Shown here piece by piece: positions 38,479 through 48,831 of a stretch of 64,000 nucleotides of DNA; position 1 is the first letter of the stretch, and each line of letters opens with the position of its first letter. The notes beneath the pieces are model-generated. The model saw only the letters and a program-made list of their open reading frames with translations, ran no database searches and was not told where the DNA came from. Origin of the DNA: Myxococcota bacterium (lineage in GTDB: Bacteria > Myxococcota_A > UBA796 > UBA2385); the NCBI GenBank assembly GCA_044344255.1, contig JBIJDH010000004.1, positions 426,632-490,631 on the forward strand, in the 5' to 3' direction. The position numbers and the translations under genes were made by a program.

Positions 38479-39834
38479 CTATCGGGCGGGAGCGAAGAGG
38501 AATGGGTAATTCACCGTCACGATGCCGCCGCCCTTGGGCTCCGGGAATTTCATCGTGAGGAAGCGCTCGGCGATACAGGCCTCGACGCCGGCGTCTCCCA
38601 TGGTGCTCTTGTTCACCGCCGAGCGGGACACCGTACCGTCGGAGGCGATCACGAACTTGATGCTGATCTTGCCGGCCAGGTCGGGCTTTCGATTGAGCTC
38701 GCGCTGGTAGCAGTGGCGGACGCGGTTGAGGCTGCGCTTCACGACGGCGTCGATCAGGCTGCGGTCGAGGAGGCCCGCGGTGATCATCTCGTCGGGGGTG
38801 GTGATGTGGCCCTCTCGGTGCTGCCCGATCCCGCCGCCCTCCTGGCCGTAGCCCTCGTCACCAGCGCCACGGCCCTTGGTGTTCACGCCGCCGATGCCCT
38901 CGGTGGTTCCGCCCCCGCCGATGCCGGTCCCGCGGCTGCCGAGGCCGCCGACCCCGAGCTGAGTGCCCTTGGCGCCGATGAGCCCGCCGATGCCCGAGGA
39001 GAGCTCGGTGGAGAGGGCGGAGCTGTTGAAGGCGGCGGCCATCGACTCATCCTGGAGTGCGCCGAGGATCCCCGCCTCTCGAACGACCTCGGCGTTCGTG
39101 CGGGCGCCCTTTGCCAGGGCCCTCCCCTTCGGAGCCCCGGCCTTGCCCTGGGCCCCCTTCGCCTTCGCGCCCGCCGGCTCCTGGCTCGGGGCGGCCTTCA
39201 CTGTCCGCGCCTCCGGGGTGATGGATGGTCGCAGCAGCTCGACGAAACGATCCATCTCCGGCGCCTCCAAGAGGGAGGGGTCGGGCTGGGGGGTCGCGTA
39301 CATCGCCGCGGAGAACAGCGCAGCGCCGAGCCCCACGGCGCCACCGATGGCCAGCATCGGGTAGTCGAGGCCGTCCACCCAGGCCCGGGCCGCGGTCCGA
39401 GCCGCCGAGACGAGGCGGAGGCGGTAGCTGAGGGCGCCGGTCTCCAGCCACAGGGCCTCGCCGACCGCAAGCCGGTGCTCCAGCGACGCGGCCCCGATGA
39501 GCCGCGACAGGGAGCGGCGGGCGCCGTCCTTGTCCAGCCAGACCTGCGTGCCCAGGCTGAGGGGGACGAGGAAGCCGGTCGGGGTGGCTCGACAGAGGCA
39601 CGCGCCGGGCGCCGGGCCCTCTTCGACGAGCGAGAAGGAGGAGCGCGGGCCGCCCAAGCGGAGCGCCCCTTGTCCTTGACGAAGGTGCACCACGTCCTGG
39701 ACCTCACCCTGCCAGAGCTGAGAGACCTCGACGTGCAAGGGCTGACGGGGATCGACGGACTCCACGCTCTCCGAGAGAGGGGCGACGGGGGAGATGAAAG
39801 AGGCAGTTCGAGCCTCGACCTGGCCGGACAGCAT
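38479..39834 (-). CDS. AgmX/PglI C-terminal (TonB-C-like) domain membrane protein, GltG-like
   Basis: One TM segment, Gly-rich linker (GLGSRGTGIGGGG) and C-terminal LDRSLIDAVV...VRHCYQRELNRKPDLAGKI...FVI..DG.V...VEACI....FPEPKGGGIVTVNYPF.F. ATG at 39834. Confidence 0.85.
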   Translation of the reverse strand: MLSGQVEARTASFISPVAPLSESVESVDPRQPLHVEVSQLWQGEVQDVVHLRQGQGALRLGGPRSSFSLVEEGPAPGACLCRATPTGFLVPLSLGTQVWLDKDGARRSLSRLIGAASLEHRLAVGEALWLETGALSYRLRLVSAARTAARAWVDGLDYPMLAIGGAVGLGAALFSAAMYATPQPDPSLLEAPEMDRFVELLRPSITPEARTVKAAPSQEPAGAKAKGAQGKAGAPKGRALAKGARTNAEVVREAGILGALQDESMAAAFNSSALSTELSSGIGGLIGAKGTQLGVGGLGSRGTGIGGGGTTEGIGGVNTKGRGAGDEGYGQEGGGIGQHREGHITTPDEMITAGLLDRSLIDAVVKRSLNRVRHCYQRELNRKPDLAGKISIKFVIASDGTVSRSAVNKSTMGDAGVEACIAERFLTMKFPEPKGGGIVTVNYPFLFAPAR

Positions 39835-40010
39835 GGCGCACCTCGAATGGACGGGGGACCGGCTGCGATAGGGGAGGGCTATTTTCCGAGAGGGTCTCTC
39901 GGGTCGCGCTCCCTTCGCGCCTGTCTCTCCTGACCATCCCGCCGCCGGGGGGTTCCCCGGCGGCGGGCGGTGCGGTGCAAAGAGGATGTCAGCGGCGGAC
40001 CGCCCCGGGA

Positions 40011-42896
40011 TCAGCGCACCCAGGCGTAGACGTCGTCGATGCCGAAGGACTCGTCGGTGGGGTCCTGATCGAGGGTGGAGCCGGCGAGGATCGTGAGCGT
40101 GCTGGCGGTGTGGGCCGGCTTGGACGTGATCGCGTGCTGGGAGTCGAAGGACCCGAAGTAGCCTCGGCTCCAGCCGCAGACCTCCGAGTAGGCGCCGCTG
40201 TGGTTGTTCTGGGACTGGCTCCACACCGTCGAGCCGTCCAGCTGCACGTAGGCGGTCTCCCCGTCCCAGGAGTCGAGGGCCATGTAGTCGAGCGAGACCC
40301 AGGCGGCGCTGTGGGTGATGCCGTAGGTGCTGAGGTTGATGCTCAGCGAGCCACCCGCGATTTTGCCGTAACCTCCGAGGATGATGCTCCAGAAGCCGCA
40401 GCTGTAGCGCGAGCTGCTGCTCCATCCCGCGGCCGGGGTGGACTGGAAGTCGTCGTGGAAGATGAGCGTCCAGCCGCCACCATCCGTGGTCATGTCGCAG
40501 GTGGCCGCCGTGGAGGTGCCGCTGAAGTCGACGTAGTAGGTGCCATCCCCGTGCGAGGAGCCGCTGTTCAACACTTCGAGGCAGCTCTCGGCGGTGCAGG
40601 CGGTGCCGCTCCCGAGCACACCCTCATCCACGATGGTGTCACAGTCGTCGTCGGCGCTGTTGCAGCGCTCGGCGGCCGAGGGGTAGACGAGGGCGTCGCT
40701 GTCATCGCAGTCATCGATCGTGGTGCTGGCACCGGCGGGCATGAGGCATGCGCGGGTGGTGGTGCTGCCGGCGTGACCGTCCCCGTCCCCGTCTTGGTAC
40801 CAGGGTGAGGCGGAGCTCAGGTCGAGGCTGGGGTCGGCGTCGTCGATGGCGCTGTCGCAGTCATTGTCGAGGCTGTCGCAGATCTCGTTGGCGCCGGGGT
40901 GGATCGCGGTGACGGCGTCGTTACAGTCGGTCTGATCGAGGACATGGCCGGTGGGCTGCGCGCACGCGGCGACCGGGCTCGAGGCGTCCCCGTAGGTGTC
41001 GCCGTCGGCGTCGGCGTACCATGTGGTGCCGGTGCTGAGGTCGACCGAGGCGTCGGCGTCGTCGACGGCGCTGTCGCAGTCGTTGTCCAGGCCGTCACAG
41101 GTCTCGCTCGCGCCGGGGTGAATGGCGGTTACACCATCGTTACAGTCGCTGTAGTCGGCGACGTAGCCGGTGGGCTGGGCACAGGCCCAGGCCACGGAGC
41201 CGGGGTCGCCGTAGCTGTCACCGTCTGCGTCGCTGTACCAGGCGAGCCCGGTGCTGAGGTCGATGGATGCGTCGTCGTCGTCCACGTCCGTGTCACAGTC
41301 GTTGTCGAGCCCGTCGCAGATCTCCGCGGCGTCGGGGTTCACAGAGACGTCGCCGTCGTCACAGTCGAGCGCGTTGCTGACGTAGCCGACGGGCTCCTCA
41401 CAGGATCGGATGGCCGTGCCGAGGTCGCCGAAGCCGTCCCCGTCGAGGTCACGGTACCAGACGCTGCCGGACGAGAGGTCGACGCCCCCGTCGTCATCGT
41501 CGGTGAGGCCGTCGCAGTCGTTGTCGATGCCGTCGCAGATCTCCGCAGCTCCCGGCTTGATGTCGGGATCGGAGTCGTCACAATCGGTGGACAGCGAGGT
41601 GTAGCCGTCAGGCTCGTCGCAGGTGAGGGCGGTGTCGAGCGCGTCGCCGTAGCCGTCGCCGTCCGCGTCTTCGTACCAGGTCAGGCCCGTCGAGAGATCG
41701 ACCGAGGGGTCCTCGTCGTCCACCAGGGTGTCGCAGTCGTCGTCGAGGCCATTGCAAACCTCGGAGGCGTCGGGGTTGATGTGGCTGTCGTCGTCGTCGC
41801 AGTCGGTGTTGTCTTCGACGTAGCCGCTGGATGGTTCGCAGCTCAAGGCCGTCTGATCGGGGTCGCCGAAGGTGTCGGCGTCCGCGTCTTCATAGTAGAG
41901 CGACCCCGTGCTCAGATCGACGCCCGGATCGGCGTCATCGACGAGGGTGTCGCAGTCGTCGTCGAGGCCATTGCAGACCTCGGTCGCGTCGGGGCGAATG
42001 TTGGCGTCGAGATCGTCACACTCGAGGCAGGCTGGCCAGCCGTCGGTGTCGGCGTCCGCGTAGCCGACGCTGCCGTCGCAGTTGTAGTCGTTGGGGTCGG
42101 TGCAGTCCGACTCGTCCGCGTACGGGTGGTAGAGGGCGTCCTCGTCGTCGCAGTCGCCGGGCTCGGGGGCGTAGCCGGTGGGGCGGGCGCAGGCCTCGGT
42201 GGTGCTGTCGGGGACGCCCCAGTCGTCGGCGTCGCGGTCTTCGTACCAGGTCGTACCGACTCCCTCGTCGACCTCGCCGTTGCAGTCGTTGTCGATCTCG
42301 TCGCAGATCTCGGCGTGGCCGGGGAAGGCCTCGGCGGTGGTGTCGTCGCAGTCGTTGTCGTCGGAGACATAGCCGTCCGGCATCGAGCAGGCCTCGACGG
42401 AGGTGAACGCGTCCCCCCAGGAGTCCCCGTCGGCGTCGGCGTACCAGGTCTCACCGACGCCCTCGTCGATGTTGCTGTCGCAGTTGTTGTCCTTTTCGTC
42501 GCAGATCTCCAAGGCGCCGGGGAAGATCTGCTCGTCTTCGTCGTCACAGTCGCCGTCGTTGGTGACGTAGTCGTCCATCGGGCTGCAGGCCTCGTCTGGG
42601 AGGTCCGCGTCGCCGAAGCCGTCACCGTCCTCATCGGCGTAAAACGTGTTGGTCACGCCCTCGTCGACGTCGCCGTCGCAGTTGTTGTCCACCCCGTCGC
42701 AGATCTCGGCGGCGCCCGTGTTGACGCTGGCGTCCGAGTCGTTGCAGTCGGTGTCCGAGAAGAAGCCGTCCCCGTCGTCGTCCACATAGTCGAGGCCGTT
42801 CACATCGGCGTCCTCGCCTTTGCCGGTGCTCGTCGCACGGCAGGAGAGCAGGGTGAGGAGGGAGAGCAGGAGCAAAGCGGGGCGCGGCGAGTTCAT
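40011..42896 (-). CDS. Lipoprotein with many putative metal-binding (MopE-related) repeats and a C-terminal fibrinogen-like domain
   Basis: Lipobox LLSC; more than 10 WY.D.DGD.(Y/F)G...C..P.GY....DCDD...PGA.E.C.G.D.DC units; SCLEVL...GDGTYYV...CDMTTDGGGWTLI. Confidence 0.85.
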   Translation of the reverse strand: MNSPRPALLLLSLLTLLSCRATSTGKGEDADVNGLDYVDDDGDGFFSDTDCNDSDASVNTGAAEICDGVDNNCDGDVDEGVTNTFYADEDGDGFGDADLPDEACSPMDDYVTNDGDCDDEDEQIFPGALEICDEKDNNCDSNIDEGVGETWYADADGDSWGDAFTSVEACSMPDGYVSDDNDCDDTTAEAFPGHAEICDEIDNDCNGEVDEGVGTTWYEDRDADDWGVPDSTTEACARPTGYAPEPGDCDDEDALYHPYADESDCTDPNDYNCDGSVGYADADTDGWPACLECDDLDANIRPDATEVCNGLDDDCDTLVDDADPGVDLSTGSLYYEDADADTFGDPDQTALSCEPSSGYVEDNTDCDDDDSHINPDASEVCNGLDDDCDTLVDDEDPSVDLSTGLTWYEDADGDGYGDALDTALTCDEPDGYTSLSTDCDDSDPDIKPGAAEICDGIDNDCDGLTDDDDGGVDLSSGSVWYRDLDGDGFGDLGTAIRSCEEPVGYVSNALDCDDGDVSVNPDAAEICDGLDNDCDTDVDDDDASIDLSTGLAWYSDADGDSYGDPGSVAWACAQPTGYVADYSDCNDGVTAIHPGASETCDGLDNDCDSAVDDADASVDLSTGTTWYADADGDTYGDASSPVAACAQPTGHVLDQTDCNDAVTAIHPGANEICDSLDNDCDSAIDDADPSLDLSSASPWYQDGDGDGHAGSTTTRACLMPAGASTTIDDCDDSDALVYPSAAERCNSADDDCDTIVDEGVLGSGTACTAESCLEVLNSGSSHGDGTYYVDFSGTSTAATCDMTTDGGGWTLIFHDDFQSTPAAGWSSSSRYSCGFWSIILGGYGKIAGGSLSINLSTYGITHSAAWVSLDYMALDSWDGETAYVQLDGSTVWSQSQNNHSGAYSEVCGWSRGYFGSFDSQHAITSKPAHTASTLTILAGSTLDQDPTDESFGIDDVYAWVR

Positions 42897-43087
42897 GGGG
42901 GCGTTCTCCGGTCAGCAGAGTGTAAAGCAGGAAGCTCTCGCTTCCCAGGGGGCTCCCCCTCCCTGGACGCGAATGCCCGATCTCGGGCGGCTGTGCAGCC
43001 GGCGGACGTCGCCTCCCGAGGTGGACCGAAGCGGTCCGTGGCTGACTCGCTGTCTCGGCTGGGCTACGGAGGAAGGTGGAGGAGAAG

Positions 43088-45244
43088 ATGGAGACCCCCT
43101 TGCGCAGCCCCGCCGTCGATATGGAGCAGATGCTCGCTGAGGAGACCGCCGAGGTGCCGATGGCGGAGGGGGAGCTCGAGCCGGATCGTGCGCTCTTCCT
43201 CAACCGAGAGCTCTCCATCGTCGAGTTCCAGCGGCGGGTGTTGGCCCAGGCCCGAGACAGCGGCGCGCCGATCCTCGAGCGCCTGCGCTTCCTCACGATA
43301 TACAGCAGCATCCTCGATGAGTTCTTCGAGATCCGCGTCGCGGGCCTCCAACAAGATGTGGAGCTCGGCCTCGGCCTCCGCGGTCCGGATGGCCTTGAGG
43401 CGACCGAGGTGCTCCGGCGAATCAGCGAGACGGTCCACGCGCGGGTCGCCGAGCAGTATCGCCTGTTGAATCAGGTCATCCTCCCGCAGCTCGAGGCGCA
43501 CGGAATCCGGGTCCTCAAGCGCGCCGGGTGGAACCCTCGGCAACGGGAGTGGGTCGAGTCCTGGTTCCTGAGCCAGGCGCTGCCCGTCCTGACCCCGATG
43601 GGCCTCGATCCCGCGCACCCCTTCCCGATGGTGCAGAACAAGGCGCTGTCCTTCGTGGTCACCCTCGAAGGCTTGGATGCCTTCGAGCGGGACAGCGGCA
43701 TCGCCATCGTCCCCGTGCCGCGGTGCCTGCCCCGGCTGCTGCAGCTCCCGCCCGAGCTCCGCGACAGCCCGCACGACTTCGTGATGATCTCCTCGATCAT
43801 CCACGAGCATGTGGACCGCCTCTTCCCGGGGATGCGGGTCACCGGCTGCCACCAGTTTCGGCTCACCCGGAACAGCAACCTGTGGGTGGAGGAGGAGGAG
43901 ATCGACGATCTGCTCCGCGCCCTCAAGACCGAGCTGCCGCGGCGACGATATGGCGCGGCGGTGCGTCTCGAGGTCTCTGACGAGTGTACGCCGCGAATGG
44001 CCGCCTTTCTCCTCGACCAGTTTGGGCTCAGCGAAGAGGAGCTCTTTCGGGTGAGCGGGCCGGTGAACCTGCACCGCCTCACCGCGCTCTATGACATGGT
44101 CGACCGGCCAGATCTGAAATTCAGGCCGTTCAAGGCGGGAGTGGAGCCATCGCTGCACGCCAAGGCCGACTTCTTCGAGGTCGTCGGCCGCGGTGATGTG
44201 CTCCTCCACCACCCCTACCAGTCCTTCCAGCCGGTCGTGGACTTCCTTCGGCAGGCCGCCACCGATCCCGAGGTGCTGGCGATCAAGCAGACGCTCTATC
44301 GGACCGGCGGTGACTCCCCGATCGTCAACGCGCTCCTCGACGCGGCGCGGAACGGCAAGGACGTCACGGCTGTGGTGGAGCTCCGCGCTCGCTTCGATGA
44401 AGCGGCCAACATCGAGTGGGCGACGCAGCTCCAGGAGGCCGGCGCTAACGTGGTCTACGGCATCGTGGGCTACAAGTGCCACGCCAAGGTGCTGATGGTG
44501 GTTCGGCGGGAGGGGGCGGCGCTTCGGCGGTACGTCCACCTTGGGACGGGAAATTATCACGTCGGCACGGCGCGGGCCTACACCGACTGGAGCCTCCTCA
44601 CGGCCAACCCGGAGGTCGGAGAGGACGCCCATCGGTTCTTCAATCAGCTCACCGGCCTGGGCTCGGTCGTGAGCCTGTCCCACCTGCTGCACTCGCCCTT
44701 CCGCCTGTTTCAGTCCCTCATCGACCTCATCGGGGCGGAGGCTGAAGCGGCCCGGGCTGGGCGGAAAGGTAGGATCATCGCCAAGATGAACGCGCTTACC
44801 GAGCCCGACGTGGTGCGAGCGCTGTACCAGGCCAGCCAGGCCGGTGTAGAGATTGACCTGATCGTGCGCGGTGCCTGCAGGCTCCGACCGGGGATACCGG
44901 GAGTGTCCGACAACATCCGCGTGCGCTCCATCGTCGGTCGCTTCCTCGAGCATGAGCGGGTCGCCTGCTTCTACGCGGACGGGGAGGACCGGGTGTATTG
45001 CTCGAGCGCGGATTGGATGTCGCGCAACCTGCTGCGGCGGGTGGAGCTCTGCTACCCCATCCTCGACCTTGCCCTGAAGCGGCGCGTCATCGAAGAGTCC
45101 CTCACTATGGGGCTCGCCGATGACACGCGGGCCTGGGAGCTCCAGGCGGACGGCTCGTGGGTGCCCACCGTCTGTCGCTCGGACGCCCCCACCACCGCGC
45201 AGCTCCAGCTCTTGGAGCGCCTCTCAGAGCCGCCGCGACGCTGA
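43088..45244 (+). CDS. ppk1: Polyphosphate kinase 1
   Basis: FLNRELS, ERLRFL.I.SS.LDEFFEIRVAG, HPFP, LLHHPY (phospho-His), IKQTLYRT, ELRARFDE, HLGTGNY, RSIVGRFLEH, SADWM.RNL.RRVE. GGAGGAG RBS before ATG 43088. Confidence 0.97.
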   Translation: METPLRSPAVDMEQMLAEETAEVPMAEGELEPDRALFLNRELSIVEFQRRVLAQARDSGAPILERLRFLTIYSSILDEFFEIRVAGLQQDVELGLGLRGPDGLEATEVLRRISETVHARVAEQYRLLNQVILPQLEAHGIRVLKRAGWNPRQREWVESWFLSQALPVLTPMGLDPAHPFPMVQNKALSFVVTLEGLDAFERDSGIAIVPVPRCLPRLLQLPPELRDSPHDFVMISSIIHEHVDRLFPGMRVTGCHQFRLTRNSNLWVEEEEIDDLLRALKTELPRRRYGAAVRLEVSDECTPRMAAFLLDQFGLSEEELFRVSGPVNLHRLTALYDMVDRPDLKFRPFKAGVEPSLHAKADFFEVVGRGDVLLHHPYQSFQPVVDFLRQAATDPEVLAIKQTLYRTGGDSPIVNALLDAARNGKDVTAVVELRARFDEAANIEWATQLQEAGANVVYGIVGYKCHAKVLMVVRREGAALRRYVHLGTGNYHVGTARAYTDWSLLTANPEVGEDAHRFFNQLTGLGSVVSLSHLLHSPFRLFQSLIDLIGAEAEAARAGRKGRIIAKMNALTEPDVVRALYQASQAGVEIDLIVRGACRLRPGIPGVSDNIRVRSIVGRFLEHERVACFYADGEDRVYCSSADWMSRNLLRRVELCYPILDLALKRRVIEESLTMGLADDTRAWELQADGSWVPTVCRSDAPTTAQLQLLERLSEPPRR

Positions 45245-45291
45245 GCTCCGCGGCGAGCCTGTGGGGGACCTCCAGGTTTGACGGGGGGCCC

Positions 45292-46512
45292 TCAGCGGGC
45301 GTACAGGCGGAGCTTGTTCACGATGAGATCGGTCATCGCCTCGACGGCGGCCCGGTCGGGGTGACGGTAGGCGAGGAAGCCGTCCGAGAGGAGGGTCTGC
45401 TTCCAGTCGCGCCGGGGGGTGCCGATCGGGAGCAGGGCCTCCATGATCAGCCACTTGCCGAGGGTCTCCCGGAGCTCGTCCAAGCCGTCGATTCGCCAGA
45501 TCCGGCCTTCCCCCTGAGCCCGCTTGAAGACCATCCCGACGTGGTAGAGGCGCTTCGCCTCGGCCTCGAAGCGGCCCCAGCAGACGGCGCGCGCCCACTC
45601 CCGGTAGATGTCGAAGTCATTCGACCAGTTCATCATGTCGACGAAGTGCCCGCCGCCGTTTCGGCAGCCGATCTCGCCGAACACCACCTCCCCGTCCCGC
45701 TTCCGGTACCACTCCATGTGGGTGAAGCCGGTCCCCATTCCGAGGGCCCCGAGCACCTGGCGACCGAGCTCGATCCCCCCCGCGAGTCGGGGCTGATCGT
45801 AGATGTCGCGGAACACGATCTGGGCCGGGCTGATCCACTGCTCGCTGCGGAAGGTGAGCGGGCGAGGGAAGTACTGGGCCACGTTCTCGAACAGGGGCGC
45901 GCCATTGACACAGACCGTGTCGTAGGTGAACTCGTCACCGTCTACGAACTCTTCCACGCTGGCCTCTGTTACGTGGCGCATCTTGGAGAGAGAGGCTTCG
46001 AGCTCAGCTTCGCTGTGGCAGCGATAGGTGTCGGCCGAGCCGGCGCCAGAGATGGGCTTGATGATCACCGGATAGCCGATCTCGCGGGCGGCCTCGAGGG
46101 CCTCTGACTCCGTCCGGATTCGGAAGCTGTGGGGCACCCGCAGCCCGGCCTTTCGGAGGCGCTGCTTCATCGTCTCCTTGTCCCGAAAGCCGACACAGGT
46201 GTCGTAGCTCATCCCGACCACGCCGAGCTGCTCGCGGACCCGCGCTGCCAGCAGGACCGTGGGCTCCCAGTTGCTCTCGACCCGCTCGGGCCGGAAAGGA
46301 CGGAGGGCGGCTGCGATCGCGGGGGCCGCGGCCGCCTCGTCGAAGAGCTGCGGGACGCGGATGTAGTGAGAGAGGCTGCGACGCACCTTCTCGGGGAGGG
46401 CGCCCTCGTGGCCGTCTCCGACGCCGATGACCCTCGCCCCGACCTCGTGGAGCCCGCGCGTGAAGTCTTGCTGCTCCGGCGGGTAGGCCGGTGAGATGAA
46501 GGCGACGTTCAT
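45292..46512 (-). CDS. ATP-grasp domain protein (paralog 1)
   Basis: FRDKETMK, GYPVIIKPISGAGS.DT, VEEFVDG, FTHMEWY, FGEIGCR. Confidence 0.88.
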   Translation of the reverse strand: MNVAFISPAYPPEQQDFTRGLHEVGARVIGVGDGHEGALPEKVRRSLSHYIRVPQLFDEAAAAPAIAAALRPFRPERVESNWEPTVLLAARVREQLGVVGMSYDTCVGFRDKETMKQRLRKAGLRVPHSFRIRTESEALEAAREIGYPVIIKPISGAGSADTYRCHSEAELEASLSKMRHVTEASVEEFVDGDEFTYDTVCVNGAPLFENVAQYFPRPLTFRSEQWISPAQIVFRDIYDQPRLAGGIELGRQVLGALGMGTGFTHMEWYRKRDGEVVFGEIGCRNGGGHFVDMMNWSNDFDIYREWARAVCWGRFEAEAKRLYHVGMVFKRAQGEGRIWRIDGLDELRETLGKWLIMEALLPIGTPRRDWKQTLLSDGFLAYRHPDRAAVEAMTDLIVNKLRLYAR

Positions 46513-46602
46513 GAGGCTCCTCGAGGGGCAGAGGTGAGCTTCGGCACTGAAGGTGGCCGAAGCGGAGGCGGTGCGTGCGGGATCGGGGGAGCGCGGGGTC
46601 CT

Positions 46603-47823
46603 TCAGCTCGCGTGCACCTTGAGCGTGCGGCCAACGTAGTGCAGCATCTCCCGACAGACATCGTAGTCGGGGTGCCGAAGGCGGACCCAGGCGTTCGCCA
46701 TGTAGCCCGCCTCGACCGGCTGGGTGGCGGTGCCCTCCCGGGGGAGGTTGTAGTCGATCAGGTTTGGCCCGAGCTTGGTGGCCACCTCGTCGACGCCGCT
46801 GTATCCGCGGATCGTGCCGTCTCGGTCGGGGCGGAGGTTGATGAGGCCGCTGGCCATCCTGCGGGTTGGTTTTTGATCGATTCGGCCGTAACAGAGGGCC
46901 ATCGCCCACTGACGGTAGAGGTCGATGTCATTCCCGAAATTGTAGAGGTCCCACTGTCGGACGCCGGGCGGGCGTGCGCCAATCTCGGAGAACTTCAGGC
47001 CCTTCGGACCGTAGAACCACTCCATGTGGGTGGGGACGGTGCCGAGGCCGAGGGCGGTGATCACCTTGCGGCCAAGCTGCTTGACCTCGTCGTAGCCGGC
47101 GGAGTCCATCCGGTTGGTCGCCACGATGATGGGGTGGATGGCGCGAGAGCGCATGGCCTCCAGCACGGTGGGGTAGTAATGGGAGATGAACTCGAGCGCC
47201 GGCTGGCCGTCGATCGACAGCGTGTCGTAAAAGCCCTCGTGTCCCTCGATGAACTCCTCGACCGCCACCGAATGACCATCCATCACGCCGCTCTTCTTCA
47301 TCGCAGCTTCGAGCTCCACGTCGTTGTCGGCGCGCATGGTGCCGTCGGCGCCAGCGCTGGCGCGGGGCTTCAGGATGAGCGGGTAGCCGACGGAGCGGGC
47401 GAAGTCGCGGACCTCCGCGGCGCTGCTCGCGGCGATAGACTGGGCGCAGGGGACGCCCTGGCGGCGAAGGACCTCCTTCATCGTCGGCTTGTCACGGCAG
47501 ATGTAGGCGCTGCGCTCCGTCATGCCCGGGATGCCGGTCGCGTCGCGGACGCGGGCGATGGGGAGGATGTGGGCCTCGATGGTGGCTTCGAGCCGGTCCA
47601 CCCAGCCGCGCGCCTGGATGCGGCGGACCGCCTGGTAGACCTCTGCCTCGTTGCAGACCGAGCTCACTTGCTCGTAGGCGATGAGCCAGCTCTTGGTCTC
47701 CGCGTCGAGCCAGGCGTAGGGCCGCTCGCCGATGCCGGTGACGGCGGCGCCGGCGGCGCGGAGCGCGCGGGCGAACTGGCGCTGGTTGGCCGGGAAAGAA
47801 GGTTCGACGAAGATGACGTGCAT
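46603..47823 (-). CDS. ATP-grasp domain protein (paralog 2)
   Basis: CRDKPTMK, GYPLILKPRASAGA, VEEFIEG, THMEWF, FSEIGARPPG; colinear similarity to paralog 1. Confidence 0.88.
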   Translation of the reverse strand: MHVIFVEPSFPANQRQFARALRAAGAAVTGIGERPYAWLDAETKSWLIAYEQVSSVCNEAEVYQAVRRIQARGWVDRLEATIEAHILPIARVRDATGIPGMTERSAYICRDKPTMKEVLRRQGVPCAQSIAASSAAEVRDFARSVGYPLILKPRASAGADGTMRADNDVELEAAMKKSGVMDGHSVAVEEFIEGHEGFYDTLSIDGQPALEFISHYYPTVLEAMRSRAIHPIIVATNRMDSAGYDEVKQLGRKVITALGLGTVPTHMEWFYGPKGLKFSEIGARPPGVRQWDLYNFGNDIDLYRQWAMALCYGRIDQKPTRRMASGLINLRPDRDGTIRGYSGVDEVATKLGPNLIDYNLPREGTATQPVEAGYMANAWVRLRHPDYDVCREMLHYVGRTLKVHAS

Positions 47824-47901
47824 GGTCCACTCGTGCAGTTGAAGCGGGGGTGGCCGCTATCCGGTCGGCGGCGACGTCGGCCAGCGGGGATTCAAGCATA
47901 G

Positions 47902-48831
47902 ATGAAGCGCGTCGTGCTGTTGGGGCCCCAGCGTTTGGCTCCCACTGTCGGAGAGCATGCCCGCCGGCTCGCGCTGCGCGGGCCAGCCGCCCTCATCACC
48001 GCCGGTTGGCAGGAGCGGGAGGGTGAGGACGACGAGCTCCGCGAGGCGCTCGGCCTGCCCACGGAGAACCTGCGCCTCTACGAGCGCTGGGAGGAGATCC
48101 GCCAAAGAGATCCGGAGTATTTTGAGGCGCACCGCCGCCGTCAAGATCGCTTGCGGCAGCTGCAAGACCTCTACCGATTTCGGCTCCATGCGCTGATGGA
48201 GATCGCCCTCGACCTGATGGGCCGCACGGGGGGCGCCGATCTCCTCGAGCCTGAGCGGCGGGAGGCGGTGGCCGCGCTGCGCGCGCTCGACGATCACCAC
48301 CTCGCCCGAGTCGCAGAGGAGAATCTCCGTTTCGAGCAGGATATCCGGCCAGAGGAGCGCCCGGTGATCGCGCGGCACCGCCTGGAGGTGCAGGCCCTGA
48401 TCGAGCGCAGTGAGCTCGTCTGTGTGGCGGGAGGTCATGTGGCGATCCTCCAGAACCGCCTGCGGCTCTTCTCGATTGGCCGCCAGGTGCGAGAGCGGCA
48501 CGTCTTCGCCTGGTCCGGGGGGGCGATGTGCCTCACCGACCGTGTGGTGCTCTTCCACGATCGCACGCCGGACGGGCCGGGCTACCCGGAGGTCATGGAT
48601 CGTGGCGAGCGCCTCGTGCCGGGGGTGGTCGTGCTGCCGCACGCTCGTCACCGGCTGGATCTCGAGGGGAAGGTGCGCGTCGCCCTCTTCGCGCGACGCT
48701 TCGCGCCTGCGGTCTGCCATCCGATGGACGAGCGGCAGTACGTCGAGTGGAGGGGCGAGACCTTCACCCCGGGCCCGGGCCTGCGGCGCCTCGGTCGGGA
48801 CGGCAGCGTGATCTTGGAGGGCAGCCCGTGA
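47902..48831 (+). CDS. Peptidase S51 / cyanophycinase-like (class I glutamine amidotransferase-like fold) protein
   Basis: ALITAGWQEREGE, VCVAGGHV, AWSGGAM (nucleophile-elbow Ser) and VVLPH resemble the S51 GG / xSAGA / PH motifs. Confidence 0.65.
   Translation: MKRVVLLGPQRLAPTVGEHARRLALRGPAALITAGWQEREGEDDELREALGLPTENLRLYERWEEIRQRDPEYFEAHRRRQDRLRQLQDLYRFRLHALMEIALDLMGRTGGADLLEPERREAVAALRALDDHHLARVAEENLRFEQDIRPEERPVIARHRLEVQALIERSELVCVAGGHVAILQNRLRLFSIGRQVRERHVFAWSGGAMCLTDRVVLFHDRTPDGPGYPEVMDRGERLVPGVVVLPHARHRLDLEGKVRVALFARRFAPAVCHPMDERQYVEWRGETFTPGPGLRRLGRDGSVILEGSP

Noticed and set aside
39835..40425. Upstream extension of the AgmX/GltG-like ORF to 648 aa
   Set aside because: It overlaps the 3' end of the 40011-42896 gene in another frame and has junk composition.
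40899..43469. 856-aa Val-rich plus-strand ORF
   Set aside because: Antisense of the Asp-rich repeat lipoprotein (GAC read as GTC).
47902..48831. Calling the cluster cyanophycin metabolism (cphA/cphB)
   Set aside because: The ligases are about 406 aa single ATP-grasp proteins with no Mur-ligase domain, so they are not CphA; the peptidase is only S51-like.
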